Below the pieces are notes generated by a model. That model saw only the letters and a program-made list of their open reading frames with translations. It had not been told where the DNA came from and did no database searches. Below, piece after piece: positions 20,574 to 29,498 of a stretch of DNA of 64,000 bases. Every line of letters starts with the position of its first letter. Position 1 is the stretch's first letter. This DNA comes from Marispirochaeta sp. (GTDB lineage: Bacteria > Spirochaetota > Spirochaetia > JC444 > Marispirochaetaceae), in contig CAXXFF010000003.1 of the NCBI GenBank assembly GCA_963676835.2, positions 736,001 through 800,000 on the forward strand, in the 5' to 3' direction. A program made the translations under genes and the position numbers.

Positions 20574-21704
20574 TTACTTCTGTATTGGATAGACTCCGTA
20601 TTTTTTCCGGGCATCCATCATGGCCTGATAGTTTTCCATGGTAGTCCCGTTTTCGAGTCCGTTGCCGCTGGCAATTACCAGCCCTCCTCCGGGAGCCGCA
20701 TTCTGTACTGCATACTTTACTTCCGCATCCACATCTTCGGGAGTTCCGTCGATAAGTGTTTCGCAGTTAACGCTGCCGAAGAAACAGAGCTTATCGCCGT
20801 ATTTCTCATTGAGAAGTTTAAAATCCATACCGATGCTGGACTGGATACCATGCCAGCCGTCCACACCGGCCTCTACGAGGGAATCGAGAATATCCCAGGT
20901 TCGACCATCTGTATGCTTGATAAAATAGCCGCCCTTGTCGTGAGCAGCTTTTACCTGCTTTACAAGACCGGGATACATAAACTCCCGCCACCTTTCGTAG
21001 CCCATCATAAGGCCCCTGTTGTCGGCATAATCGTCGGTGGGCATTACCGCATCAACTCCTGCATCAAAAAAGGCGTTTATATAGGCGATACTGCGGTTAA
21101 CATAAATTTCCGATGCTTTTTTTATAAAATCCGGATCGATAATAAGCCGCATCAGATACTCTTCGATTCCAACTGTCTGCTTATAGGCGAAAGTACCGTC
21201 CAGGGGAAGCCGTGCGATAATAAAATGGGTATCTTTCATCTCGGCTATAACGCCTTTAATAACATCCATTTCACTGGGATCCACCGTGAAGTCTTCATTT
21301 ACATCGGGCAGATCATCGATGGTCATTTCCGTATTGTAGTGGGGAGTAACCTGCTGACCGATGTCGGGATTATAGTGGAACTGCATACCCTTCTCGTCCT
21401 CCCAGGAATAATCTCCGAGCATCCTGGGATGTTTGTATTCTTTATCTACCGGCGAAGCGGGAATTCGGATATAGTCATGGCCGAGAACTTTCGGCAGTTC
21501 TGTAAGGGTCTTAATTGAGTCGTCAATATACTCCTGCCGCCTGCCGTCCCAGCAGTACTTCAGTTCGGCAAACCCGTTTCCGTACAGAACAGGCCGTTCC
21601 AGATACTTCTCCACAAGCTTGTGATGGATATGGTTTTCCCCCATGGGAACCATATCTGCTTCCCTGTGATTCAACATTGCTATTACGCGTTCTCTTGGCA
21701 GCAT
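20574..21704 (-). CDS. URO-D/MtaA-family protein, copy B
   Basis: Colinear paralog of 15700-16830 (same length, KHTDG, HGIQSSIGMD). Confidence 0.85.
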   Translation of the reverse strand: MLPRERVIAMLNHREADMVPMGENHIHHKLVEKYLERPVLYGNGFAELKYCWDGRRQEYIDDSIKTLTELPKVLGHDYIRIPASPVDKEYKHPRMLGDYSWEDEKGMQFHYNPDIGQQVTPHYNTEMTIDDLPDVNEDFTVDPSEMDVIKGVIAEMKDTHFIIARLPLDGTFAYKQTVGIEEYLMRLIIDPDFIKKASEIYVNRSIAYINAFFDAGVDAVMPTDDYADNRGLMMGYERWREFMYPGLVKQVKAAHDKGGYFIKHTDGRTWDILDSLVEAGVDGWHGIQSSIGMDFKLLNEKYGDKLCFFGSVNCETLIDGTPEDVDAEVKYAVQNAAPGGGLVIASGNGLENGTTMENYQAMMDARKKYGVYPIQK

Positions 21705-21735
21705 TTCTATCTCCTTTGGTATTTATCTCTTTAAA

Positions 21736-21751
21736 TGCAGATATCATGCCA
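21736..21751 (-). promoter_or_regulatory. Sigma54 -24/-12 promoter
   Basis: TGGCATGATATCTGCA (GG-N10-GC) upstream of URO-D copy B. Confidence 0.8.
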
Positions 21752-21851
21752 AAAGAAACAATCGGTTTATATGAATATAATTCATTACAAAGAAACCAAT
21801 TACCAGCACACCGCAATAACCGCTTTTTTCAACAAGCACAAAAGCAACATA

Positions 21852-21870
21852 TGTTGCGCTACGTGCAACA
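21852..21870. promoter_or_regulatory. Putative enhancer (UAS)
   Basis: TGTTGC-N7-GCAACA palindrome 102 bp from the -24 box. Confidence 0.6.
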
Positions 21871-21880
21871 TCTTGAAACT

Positions 21881-21915
21881 AAAAAAAAGGCCGTCCCGAA
21901 TGCAACGGAACGGCC
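21881..21915 (-). terminator. Intrinsic terminator after tctA copy 3
   Basis: GGCCGT..ACGGCC hairpin next to an A8 run. Confidence 0.7.
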
Positions 21916-21936
21916 CTGGTACTGCAGCATGCAGAA

Positions 21937-23448
21937 TCAGTTATCAACCTGCTTGTTGAACTTGTTAAGAAACAGAACAAACACAACGGAGAGCACAAGA
22001 AAAACAAGGCTGTCCAGCTCGGTAAAGAATACCAGCAGATTGTTATGGGAAATTGACAGCACCCGTCTGAAATATTCTTCAAAGAGCGGCCCGAGAAGGG
22101 CACCAAGTATAAAAGGTACTGCAGGATACTTCTGCCCGCGGAAGAAGTAGATCATTACGCCCACCGCAAGACCTACAAACATCTGAAAAACCGAGTAGGT
22201 TGCCGCGAAAGCGCCGGTAAGAGAAATTGCAGCAATACTTGAGTAGAGAACCAGGCGGTTGATCTTTACTATCTTGATATAATAGGGCCCGAAGATAAAC
22301 AGAGAGAGGGGCATAAGCACCGCAGCGGCAAACCCGAGGGCTGCATACATCGGGGCTACCAGATAAAGCTGCTTGGAAAGAATTTCCGGACCGGGAATTA
22401 CACCGTAAACCATAAGCACACCAAGAACAATGGCGGTTACACCGTCACCGGGAATGCCGAAGGTGAGCATGGGTACCAGCGCACCACCGCAGACTGCATT
22501 ATTTGCTCCCTCGGCGCAGGCGATACCTTCATAGAAACCGGTACCGTACTTTTCCGGATGCTTTGAAGAGCGCTTACCCTCAGCATAGGAAACAAAAGCC
22601 GCCATACTTCCACCGGCTCCTGGAAGGGCACCGATAAAATAGCCGATAATCGCACTTTTAAGATAGCGCCAGAATCCAACACTCTTAACTTCATCCCAGG
22701 GAGGAATAAAATCGCGCCTCCGGATTTTTACCCCCTCTGAAGCTTCTGCTATTTTCCGGAACTCCGCATTGCTTATGGCAGACTGGGTCAGCAGTTCAGA
22801 GATAGCGAAGGCTCCAATAACAATGGGAACAAACTCAAAGCCTTCCAGAAGGGTTATTGAACCGAAAGTAAAACGCTGGGTCGGCCGCATAACGCCCATA
22901 CCTACCGTTGCCAGTACAAGACCGATAATGGTCATCATGGCAGCCTTGGGCCAGTCTTTACCGGAAAGAGCGGAAATAACAACGAAAGCAAAAAGTATCA
23001 GTGATGCCTTTCCCGGGGTTTTGATCATAAGAGCGACCTTAACCGCCAGGGGAGAGATTGCAATAAGCAGAATAACACCGATGGTTCCGCCGATGGCTGA
23101 TGCCAGAGTGGAATGACCAAGCGCCTTGGCCCCCTGCCCCTGCTTCATCATCAGATGGCCGTCAATTGCCGTCATGGCTCCCGAGGGCGCTCCGGGAATA
23201 TTGATAGTAATGGCGGTAATTGAACCGGAGTACATTCCCGCCATGTAAATTCCCATGCACATAAAAAGGGCAGCATTCATTGACATGCTGTAGGTCATGG
23301 GCAGAAGAAGAACAATTGCCAGAGTTGCTGTAAGACCCGGAATTGAACCGAAAATAACACCTACTACAAAGCCGAACATAAGAGTCAGCAGCAGGATTGG
23401 ATCACCCAGCAGGGTGAATGCATCTAATATTTGTCCTAACGTAGACAT
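21937..23448 (-). CDS. tctA: TTT large subunit (copy 3)
   Basis: 503 aa, about 20 substitutions from copy 2 by eye. Confidence 0.93.
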   Translation of the reverse strand: MSTLGQILDAFTLLGDPILLLTLMFGFVVGVIFGSIPGLTATLAIVLLLPMTYSMSMNAALFMCMGIYMAGMYSGSITAITINIPGAPSGAMTAIDGHLMMKQGQGAKALGHSTLASAIGGTIGVILLIAISPLAVKVALMIKTPGKASLILFAFVVISALSGKDWPKAAMMTIIGLVLATVGMGVMRPTQRFTFGSITLLEGFEFVPIVIGAFAISELLTQSAISNAEFRKIAEASEGVKIRRRDFIPPWDEVKSVGFWRYLKSAIIGYFIGALPGAGGSMAAFVSYAEGKRSSKHPEKYGTGFYEGIACAEGANNAVCGGALVPMLTFGIPGDGVTAIVLGVLMVYGVIPGPEILSKQLYLVAPMYAALGFAAAVLMPLSLFIFGPYYIKIVKINRLVLYSSIAAISLTGAFAATYSVFQMFVGLAVGVMIYFFRGQKYPAVPFILGALLGPLFEEYFRRVLSISHNNLLVFFTELDSLVFLVLSVVFVLFLNKFNKQVDN

Positions 23449-23462
23449 ACAAGTTCCTTCCC

Positions 23463-23954
23463 TTAATAGAGTCCGAAAAACATCTTTTCAAACTGTACTT
23501 TGAAAATTACCCAGTACAGCACATACACTACCCCGGTAATAAGGAGCGCATAGATGAACTTTCTGAAAAGCTGCTGAATTTTGTCATCGAAAAAGACAAG
23601 AAACAGAAACACATAAATAAGAACTGCAGGAATAAGTCCTGTAAACTTGAACAGAACAATGTACAGCAGCGATACAAATGAGAGAATAAGCGGAGTCGTA
23701 ACAACCTTGACTGTAGACTCAACCTTACCCTCCTGCTGCTCCTGTTTTAATTCACGGACCGCATCAAAGAGCAGCTTGATCGCAATGGGAATACCAATCA
23801 CCCCAAGCAGTACAGGAAAAAACGACTCACTGGTCTTTTCTCCCATAAAAAGCGGCCCCATACTGATTGCCAAAGAGAGGTAAACAAGCAGTGCAACAAG
23901 CACAACTGCCGGAACCATTACCTTTGAATGCAGATAGGGATTTTTGATTTCCAT
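23463..23954 (-). CDS. tctB: TTT small subunit (copy 3)
   Basis: Paralog of 18732-19220; start MEIKNP behind AGGAAGG. Confidence 0.85.
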   Translation of the reverse strand: MEIKNPYLHSKVMVPAVVLVALLVYLSLAISMGPLFMGEKTSESFFPVLLGVIGIPIAIKLLFDAVRELKQEQQEGKVESTVKVVTTPLILSFVSLLYIVLFKFTGLIPAVLIYVFLFLVFFDDKIQQLFRKFIYALLITGVVYVLYWVIFKVQFEKMFFGLY

Positions 23955-24060
23955 CTGAACACCTTCCTGTAAAAAAGCTTGCCACAATTATATCATGGCA
24001 TGAATAAAAGCGCCCCCTATTCAAGGAGGCGCATTATAAACGTACAAATAAACCCGCAGG

Positions 24061-25050
24061 TTACTGAATAAGACCTTTTGCCTTCATAGTATCCAGTGCT
24101 TTAAAGGATTTTTCCTGTACTGCTCGTACAAAATCCCGGGCCTTGTCCTGTCCAAACCAGCCGGCGGTAACACCAACAGACTTGGTCCAGCTGCGGAACT
24201 CATCTGAGTGCTGAGCATCGTAGTAGAGCTTCTCAATGGCATCAACGGTATCCTGGGGAGTGTCAATGGGAGCTACAATTACGATGAAACTTCCAATTTC
24301 CATTTCGGCATGACCAAGGGAAGCGATGGTGGGAACGTCTGTGTAAGTAGCGTTCTGAATGGTTGAGTATTCAACCAGACCGCGTACCTGACCGGACTGA
24401 AGAACAGCTGCGAAATCACCGAGGCTGGTGATGGCAGCATCACACTCACCGGAGAGAAGTGCTTCACGCTGGGGACCTGCACCGTCAACATACTCAATTT
24501 GGGAGAACTCTACACCGTAGATCTCTTCAGTCTGCATGGTAATCATGGACGGACGTCCGCCGATAGCAGTAATACCGATGGTGATTTCACCGGGAGCTGC
24601 CTTTGCAGCAGCAATAAAATCATCGTAGGTTTTCCAGGGAGAGTCTGCTTTAACCATAAGTGCATCAGCTTCCTGAGTTACGATACAAACAAATCTGAGC
24701 TTGTCCAGGTCGTACTGGGGAATAAGCTTGTAGTAAACCGCACCTACAGTAGATCCGTAGGTAAGGTTTCCGATGGTGTATCCGTCGGGACGGGCGCGCA
24801 TTACGTCGAAGGGACCTGCAGCTTCACCGGAACCGGGCTTGTTGATAACCGGCATGCTTACATCCATGTTCTTTTCGATAATGGAAGCAAGCTTACGGGA
24901 AATAGCGTCAGTTCCACCGCCAGCACCGCTGTTACAGACATACTGAATGTCCTTTGCGGGATAGGGTTTTTCCTGTCCGCCTTCTGCAAAAAGAGCAGAA
25001 GCCACAGAAAGAATAAGAACTGCAGCCAACAATGTTTTCAGAGTTTTCAT
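24061..25050 (-). CDS. tctC: TTT substrate-binding protein (copy 3)
   Basis: Paralog of 19300-20295; start MKTLK behind AGGAG. Confidence 0.92.
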   Translation of the reverse strand: MKTLKTLLAAVLILSVASALFAEGGQEKPYPAKDIQYVCNSGAGGGTDAISRKLASIIEKNMDVSMPVINKPGSGEAAGPFDVMRARPDGYTIGNLTYGSTVGAVYYKLIPQYDLDKLRFVCIVTQEADALMVKADSPWKTYDDFIAAAKAAPGEITIGITAIGGRPSMITMQTEEIYGVEFSQIEYVDGAGPQREALLSGECDAAITSLGDFAAVLQSGQVRGLVEYSTIQNATYTDVPTIASLGHAEMEIGSFIVIVAPIDTPQDTVDAIEKLYYDAQHSDEFRSWTKSVGVTAGWFGQDKARDFVRAVQEKSFKALDTMKAKGLIQ

Positions 25051-25280
25051 AAACTCTCCTTTTTTTAATCCATGATACACTAATGTGTGATGCATCACAG
25101 ATTTTCTACTTTAAAACGCCAACGGCGTCTTTTGCTGCTGAATGTCTTTGGATTTACTGAAATACAGTGTATACCGACAGTATACAGGTTGTCAAAGGGA
25201 ATTTCTGAGAAAAGTAACATATTAGATATTTTTTTATCTATAAGACGAGGGGAAGAGGATAATGTTGATTGAGTTAAGTG

Positions 25281-25877
25281 CTAAAAAGCCCGCACAGCCC
25301 GCACCCTGGCGGGTTGATCTTTACCAACATAATTCGAATACCCCAAAGACGACCCACTGGTAAATGCCATAAACCACGCATATGAGGGTGAGTACTCTGA
25401 AGAACTCCAGTATGTGGTGCTGCCGAAGTTTGCAGTACCACTGTTGTTTCCCTCACCGTCATCAACAAGATTGTCACATATAAGACCAAGCTCATTTATG
25501 GAGGGCAGAAACCAGTCATCTTTACCGCCGCCCTTGTAATATGTCGCCATACCAGCCGCATAATCCAACAGAACATGATATCCTGCATTTTCCGCTTGCT
25601 GTATGATATATAGGGTATTATCAATACCGGTATCTACCGCAGTTCCCGTTGTGTAGATTGCTGAATCAGAAACAGGACTCCATTCAACTGTACCCTGATC
25701 AGTGGGAGCCACCTCCAGGCCGTGGACTCCACCATCGGTAATGTAAAAGACTATACCTACCCCGCTGGGTCCGATGTCACCTATGTCATAGGTTTTCGGG
25801 CCAGCTGCATCGGTCTCGCATCCGGTAAAGAGAAGAAAAGCTGTAAGTGCAAGCAGAAGGTATATGGTGTTTTTCAA
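25281..25877 (-). CDS. Lipoprotein with DUF1566/Lcl-C-like (C-type lectin fold) domain
   Basis: Lipobox FTGC; YDIGDIGPSG.GIVFY, DWFLPSINEL, YWSSSE, C-terminal VRAVRAF; TTG start. Confidence 0.8.
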   Translation of the reverse strand: MKNTIYLLLALTAFLLFTGCETDAAGPKTYDIGDIGPSGVGIVFYITDGGVHGLEVAPTDQGTVEWSPVSDSAIYTTGTAVDTGIDNTLYIIQQAENAGYHVLLDYAAGMATYYKGGGKDDWFLPSINELGLICDNLVDDGEGNNSGTANFGSTTYWSSSEYSPSYAWFMAFTSGSSLGYSNYVGKDQPARVRAVRAF

Positions 25878-25936
25878 TTGTTTACTCCGGTGTCTGTATA
25901 TTCGCCTGCAATACTATCGTAGAATGTCAGAAAGGT

Positions 25937-25960
25937 CGTTCGGGTTTATAAATCCGTACG
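25937..25960. promoter_or_regulatory. Palindromic operator 1
   Basis: CGTTCGGGTTTATAAATCCGTACG; -10 TAGTAT on the minus strand at 25911-25916 (20-nt gap). Confidence 0.85.
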
Positions 25961-26047
25961 TTTTTTTGAGGTGTTATTGAGCAATTCTCAGGAAAAGCCC
26001 CCCGGGGCCTGAGCCCCGGAGAGTGTTTGAATAATTATAGCGGATTA

Positions 26048-27022
26048 CTATTCCACCTTGTAACTATGAAGGCCTCCGCTACCATTTGCCAGATAGATAA
26101 AGTTACCATCTCCCCAGACTCCGTTGGCACTATCTCCCTGGTCATCAAAACCGATGTGGGTCAGGTAGCCGGAGGCATTCACAGTATAAACGTGGAGTCC
26201 TCCTATATCATTCGCCAGATAAATAAAATTCCCATCGCCCCATACTACACGGGCAGTATCTCCCCGGTAATCAGAATCGATATAGGTCAGATTGCCGGAA
26301 GCATCCACCGAATAGGTGTAAAGTCCTCCATTACCATTAGCCAGATAGATAAAAGTGCCATCACCCCACACACCCATGGCACTATAATTCTGGTCATCAG
26401 AATCGATATGAGTTAGGTAGCCGGAAGCATCCACCGAGTAGGCATGAAGTCCTCCAGTATAATTTGCAAGATAGATAAAATCGCCATCTCCCCAGACACC
26501 CTGAGCCAGATCACCCTGGTCATCAGAATCGACATGAGTCAGGTTTCCGGAACCATCCACTGAGTAAGTGTGAAGTCCCCCATCAGAGTTTGCCAAGTAG
26601 ATAAAGTCGCCATCTCCCCAGACACCCTTGGCTGTTCCTCCCTGGTCATCAGAATCGACATGAGTCAGGTTTCCGGAACCATCTACTGAGTAAGAGTGAA
26701 GTCCCCCATCAGAGTTTGCCAGGTAGATAAAGTCGCCATCTCCCCAGACACCCTGGGCTGTTCCTCCCTGGTCATCAGAATCGATATGGGACAGGTAGCC
26801 GGAAGCATCCACCGAGAAGGCGTGAAGTCCTCCATCATGATTTGCCAGATAGATGAAGTCGCCATCCCCCCAGACACCCATGGCCCAATATCCCTGGTCA
26901 TCCGAATCAATATGGGTCAGAGACCCAGGATTCTTAGTATCATCGGACGAGGCATCAGTGTTACATCCGGCAGCGATAAACAAAGCAAGTACCGCAAACA
27001 ACAGATACACAGTTTTTTTCAT
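26048..27022 (-). CDS. Lipoprotein, LVIVD-like 7-repeat beta-propeller
   Basis: Lipobox AAGC; seven ~42-aa repeats HIDSDDQG..A.GVWGDG.FIYLAN..GGLH.YSVD. Confidence 0.85.
   Translation of the reverse strand: MKKTVYLLFAVLALFIAAGCNTDASSDDTKNPGSLTHIDSDDQGYWAMGVWGDGDFIYLANHDGGLHAFSVDASGYLSHIDSDDQGGTAQGVWGDGDFIYLANSDGGLHSYSVDGSGNLTHVDSDDQGGTAKGVWGDGDFIYLANSDGGLHTYSVDGSGNLTHVDSDDQGDLAQGVWGDGDFIYLANYTGGLHAYSVDASGYLTHIDSDDQNYSAMGVWGDGTFIYLANGNGGLYTYSVDASGNLTYIDSDYRGDTARVVWGDGNFIYLANDIGGLHVYTVNASGYLTHIGFDDQGDSANGVWGDGNFIYLANGSGGLHSYKVE
26051..26923 (-). repeat. Intragenic 126-bp tandem repeat x7
   Basis: Near-identical DNA units, e.g. 26519-26644 vs 26645-26770. Confidence 0.9.
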
Positions 27023-27079
27023 TTTTTTCTCCTGTATTAATTGAATAGCGGAGATCTTATCCCAGTTTGGAAAACAGGT

Positions 27080-27103
27080 CGTTCGGGTTTATAAATCCGA
27101 ACG
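27080..27103. promoter_or_regulatory. Palindromic operator 2
   Basis: CGTTCGGGTTTATAAATCCGAACG; -10 TAAGAT at 27054-27059 (20-nt gap). Confidence 0.85.
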
Positions 27104-27212
27104 TTTTTTTTGATTTTTTTAACGCAGGGCAGTTTTTACACTTCAAATTCTTCCATAGTCAGTCAAGCAAGGTACAAAGAGTAACGAGAAAAGTGCTGTT
27201 TTCTGAGATGCT

Positions 27213-28265
27213 TTAAGAGGAAAGCTGCTTTTTATACTCCGACGGGGTTAGGCCGGTAAACTTTCTGAAGGCGGTATTGAAGGCAGTTTTGGAATTAAAG
27301 CCGCACTCAAAGGCAATTTCCAGGATATTTACATCGCTTTTTGCATGCAGGAGGGTTTTGGCCTCTTCCACCCGGTAGGAGTTTATAAAATTATTGAAGC
27401 TTGCTTTATGATGGCTGTTCAACAGCTCCGAAAGCTGACTTGAAGATATATCCAGCTCGCCGCTTAATGTTTTTAACGACACCGACCGGTCCATATGGAT
27501 TTTTTCATCTTCAATAAGCGCATCAAGCCGCTCCATAAGCTTTTGGGTGTTGAGTTTTTCTATCTGGGATTTGCGGTAGCGTATTCCCTGAGCATCATGC
27601 TGAAGCCTGTTGAAGTAATGGGGGTAACGGATAAGAAAGAAGATAAACAATGTAGATGTGCAGGCAAAGGCTGCATCACTAACAAACTGCAGCTCACGTA
27701 CCGATGTCCAGGAAAGAATAAAAATCAGAGAAAAGAAGAGGCTGCAGGAAGCTATAAAGATAAGTACAGCAATTTGCGGAGACTTCTTCCGCCTGTAAAA
27801 GGTGCGAAGCTGCCGGATAATGAGAAACAGGTATATAAACAGGGAAAGACAGGCTGCTGAAAAAATGGCTTTGAAAACCGGGAGCGAACCCTTATCGGCT
27901 TCGTCAAAATAGAGCAGGTTGAGAACTTCTATAAGAATGAAAAATAGAAAAAAGGGAAGCGAATGCAGCACAACAGCTTTTCGGGTTATCCGTCTGTCGG
28001 TTGTAATGTATATAACGAACAGAAACAGGAAGGGGCCGATTAAGGCGATAAAGGCGTAGTCTGAAAAAATGAAATACCTGGTAAATATCTGAAATCCGGA
28101 TGTATTGAAGGATAAAGAGAAGCCATGCATACCAGTTGAGAGAAATACAACCGACAGGAAATAGTTCGACGGGAGTCTTTCTTTATGTATTAACTGTATA
28201 AAGGAGAAAAAGAAAAATATTGTTGATGCAACAAAACAGATATTGATAACGAGGTTGTGCCACAT
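27213..28265 (-). CDS. Membrane-anchored AraC-family regulator (about 6 TM plus AraC HTH)
   Basis: Hydrophobic N-terminal ~215 aa; QLSELLN, FINSYRVEEA, IAFECGFNSK.AFN.AFRKFTG.TPSEY. Confidence 0.92.
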   Translation of the reverse strand: MWHNLVINICFVASTIFFFFSFIQLIHKERLPSNYFLSVVFLSTGMHGFSLSFNTSGFQIFTRYFIFSDYAFIALIGPFLFLFVIYITTDRRITRKAVVLHSLPFFLFFILIEVLNLLYFDEADKGSLPVFKAIFSAACLSLFIYLFLIIRQLRTFYRRKKSPQIAVLIFIASCSLFFSLIFILSWTSVRELQFVSDAAFACTSTLFIFFLIRYPHYFNRLQHDAQGIRYRKSQIEKLNTQKLMERLDALIEDEKIHMDRSVSLKTLSGELDISSSQLSELLNSHHKASFNNFINSYRVEEAKTLLHAKSDVNILEIAFECGFNSKTAFNTAFRKFTGLTPSEYKKQLSS

Positions 28266-28636
28266 GGGGTGTAGAAAAGTCCTCCGCTGTACTTCAAGGC
28301 ATGCCTTACCGGGGTACGATTATTGCATAGAGGCTGTGAAAATACAACGGAAATGTGGGTAGAAAGCTTACGCCACAAACGTTAGCCCGCTCCCGGGGCA
28401 TGGCGTTGAGGAAATGGGGCGAATGTTGTTTCGGTGATCATCGGTCCCGGCTGTTTACTAGTATCTCGCCTGGGAAACTTTTTTCAGAATCTGCCCCTCC
28501 GTATGAGGTTTATCTGGTTATTGGTTTTAAACCACCCGCCGGGATGATGCCTGAAGGATGGTTTTACCTTAATTCATCAGGTATGCACTACCTAAAAAAC
28601 CTGTTTTGAAGGTATCCTACGAAATTAGTTCAATGA

Positions 28637-29266
28637 TTAAAAAGACCGGACAGCACGAACTCTTGCCCACCAGTTAGATACTTCAGATGCTTGGTATCCA
28701 TTGCGGAAAGATTGCCGATACACTGAGTCTACATCAAATTTTGATGAACTCCAATAATAATCATCAGAAAAACCGGCAACTCCGCTGTTATTCCCAAAGC
28801 CATCATCAACAAGGTTGTCCCATATCAGATTAAGCTCATCTTTCGATGGCAGAAACCAATCAACTAATCCTCCACCTCGATAATCTCTACATATTTGGGC
28901 GGCACTTCCTGTATATACTGACCACCAATTTGTGCGATTATCCATGATTAAATCTGTGTTGCTCTTACCCGTACCTACGGAAGTGCCCATTTCGATGATA
29001 CCTAGATCAATTGTAGTTGTAAATGAAATCCAAGCAGCAGATGTGCTTTGATCATACGGTGCCACCTCCATACCTTGTAAGCCATCGTCATCGCTTATGT
29101 AGAAAACTATCCCCACTCCACTAGGACCAATATCACCTATATCATAGGTCGTCGGGCCGCTGGGGCTTCCGTCACTGCTGCCAGTGCCGCCTTCCTCACA
29201 GGCTGTAAAAGCAAAAAGCATGAGAATTACCATTATAAGTGCCGCAGGTTTTATCTTAAACTTCAT
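28637..29266 (-). CDS. DUF1566-like lipoprotein
   Basis: Lipobox FTAC; DWFLPSKDEL, YWSSS, VRAVRSF. Confidence 0.8.
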   Translation of the reverse strand: MKFKIKPAALIMVILMLFAFTACEEGGTGSSDGSPSGPTTYDIGDIGPSGVGIVFYISDDDGLQGMEVAPYDQSTSAAWISFTTTIDLGIIEMGTSVGTGKSNTDLIMDNRTNWWSVYTGSAAQICRDYRGGGLVDWFLPSKDELNLIWDNLVDDGFGNNSGVAGFSDDYYWSSSKFDVDSVYRQSFRNGYQASEVSNWWARVRAVRSF

Positions 29267-29354
29267 ACAATCCTCCGAAAGAACCGTTTTTAATATTGAT
29301 TTTCTTCTCTACCAGTAAATCTGCTGGAAATACTATCGCAAATGTGCAGACAAG

Positions 29355-29380
29355 TCGTACGGATTTATAAATCCGTACGA
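29355..29380. promoter_or_regulatory. Palindromic operator 3 (perfect 26 bp)
   Basis: TCGTACGGATTTATAAATCCGTACGA; -10 TAGTAT at 29330-29335. Confidence 0.88.
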
Positions 29381-29498
29381 ATTTTTCAATGTTTTTGCGT
29401 TAAACAGGGGGAAATGGTCCCGGGGCGTAGGCCCCGGGGGTGTCAGGAGGGTGAAGGTTATCAATTTTGAAAAATTAAAGCACCATTGTAATACAGTT

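Larger units (their letters stand above)
15700..25050 (-). repeat. Tandem duplication of the tctC-tctB-tctA-[sigma54]-URO-D unit (~4.7-4.9 kb period)
   Basis: Same gene order, similar lengths and promoter elements in 15700-20295 and 20574-25050. Confidence 0.92.

Noticed and set aside
15700..21704. True hemE (uroporphyrinogen decarboxylase)
   Set aside because: Lack the WxMRQAGR motif and there are no tetrapyrrole genes nearby
26051..26923. CRISPR-like or non-coding repeat array
   Set aside because: The period is 126 bp and in frame inside a lipoprotein, so it is a coding repeat
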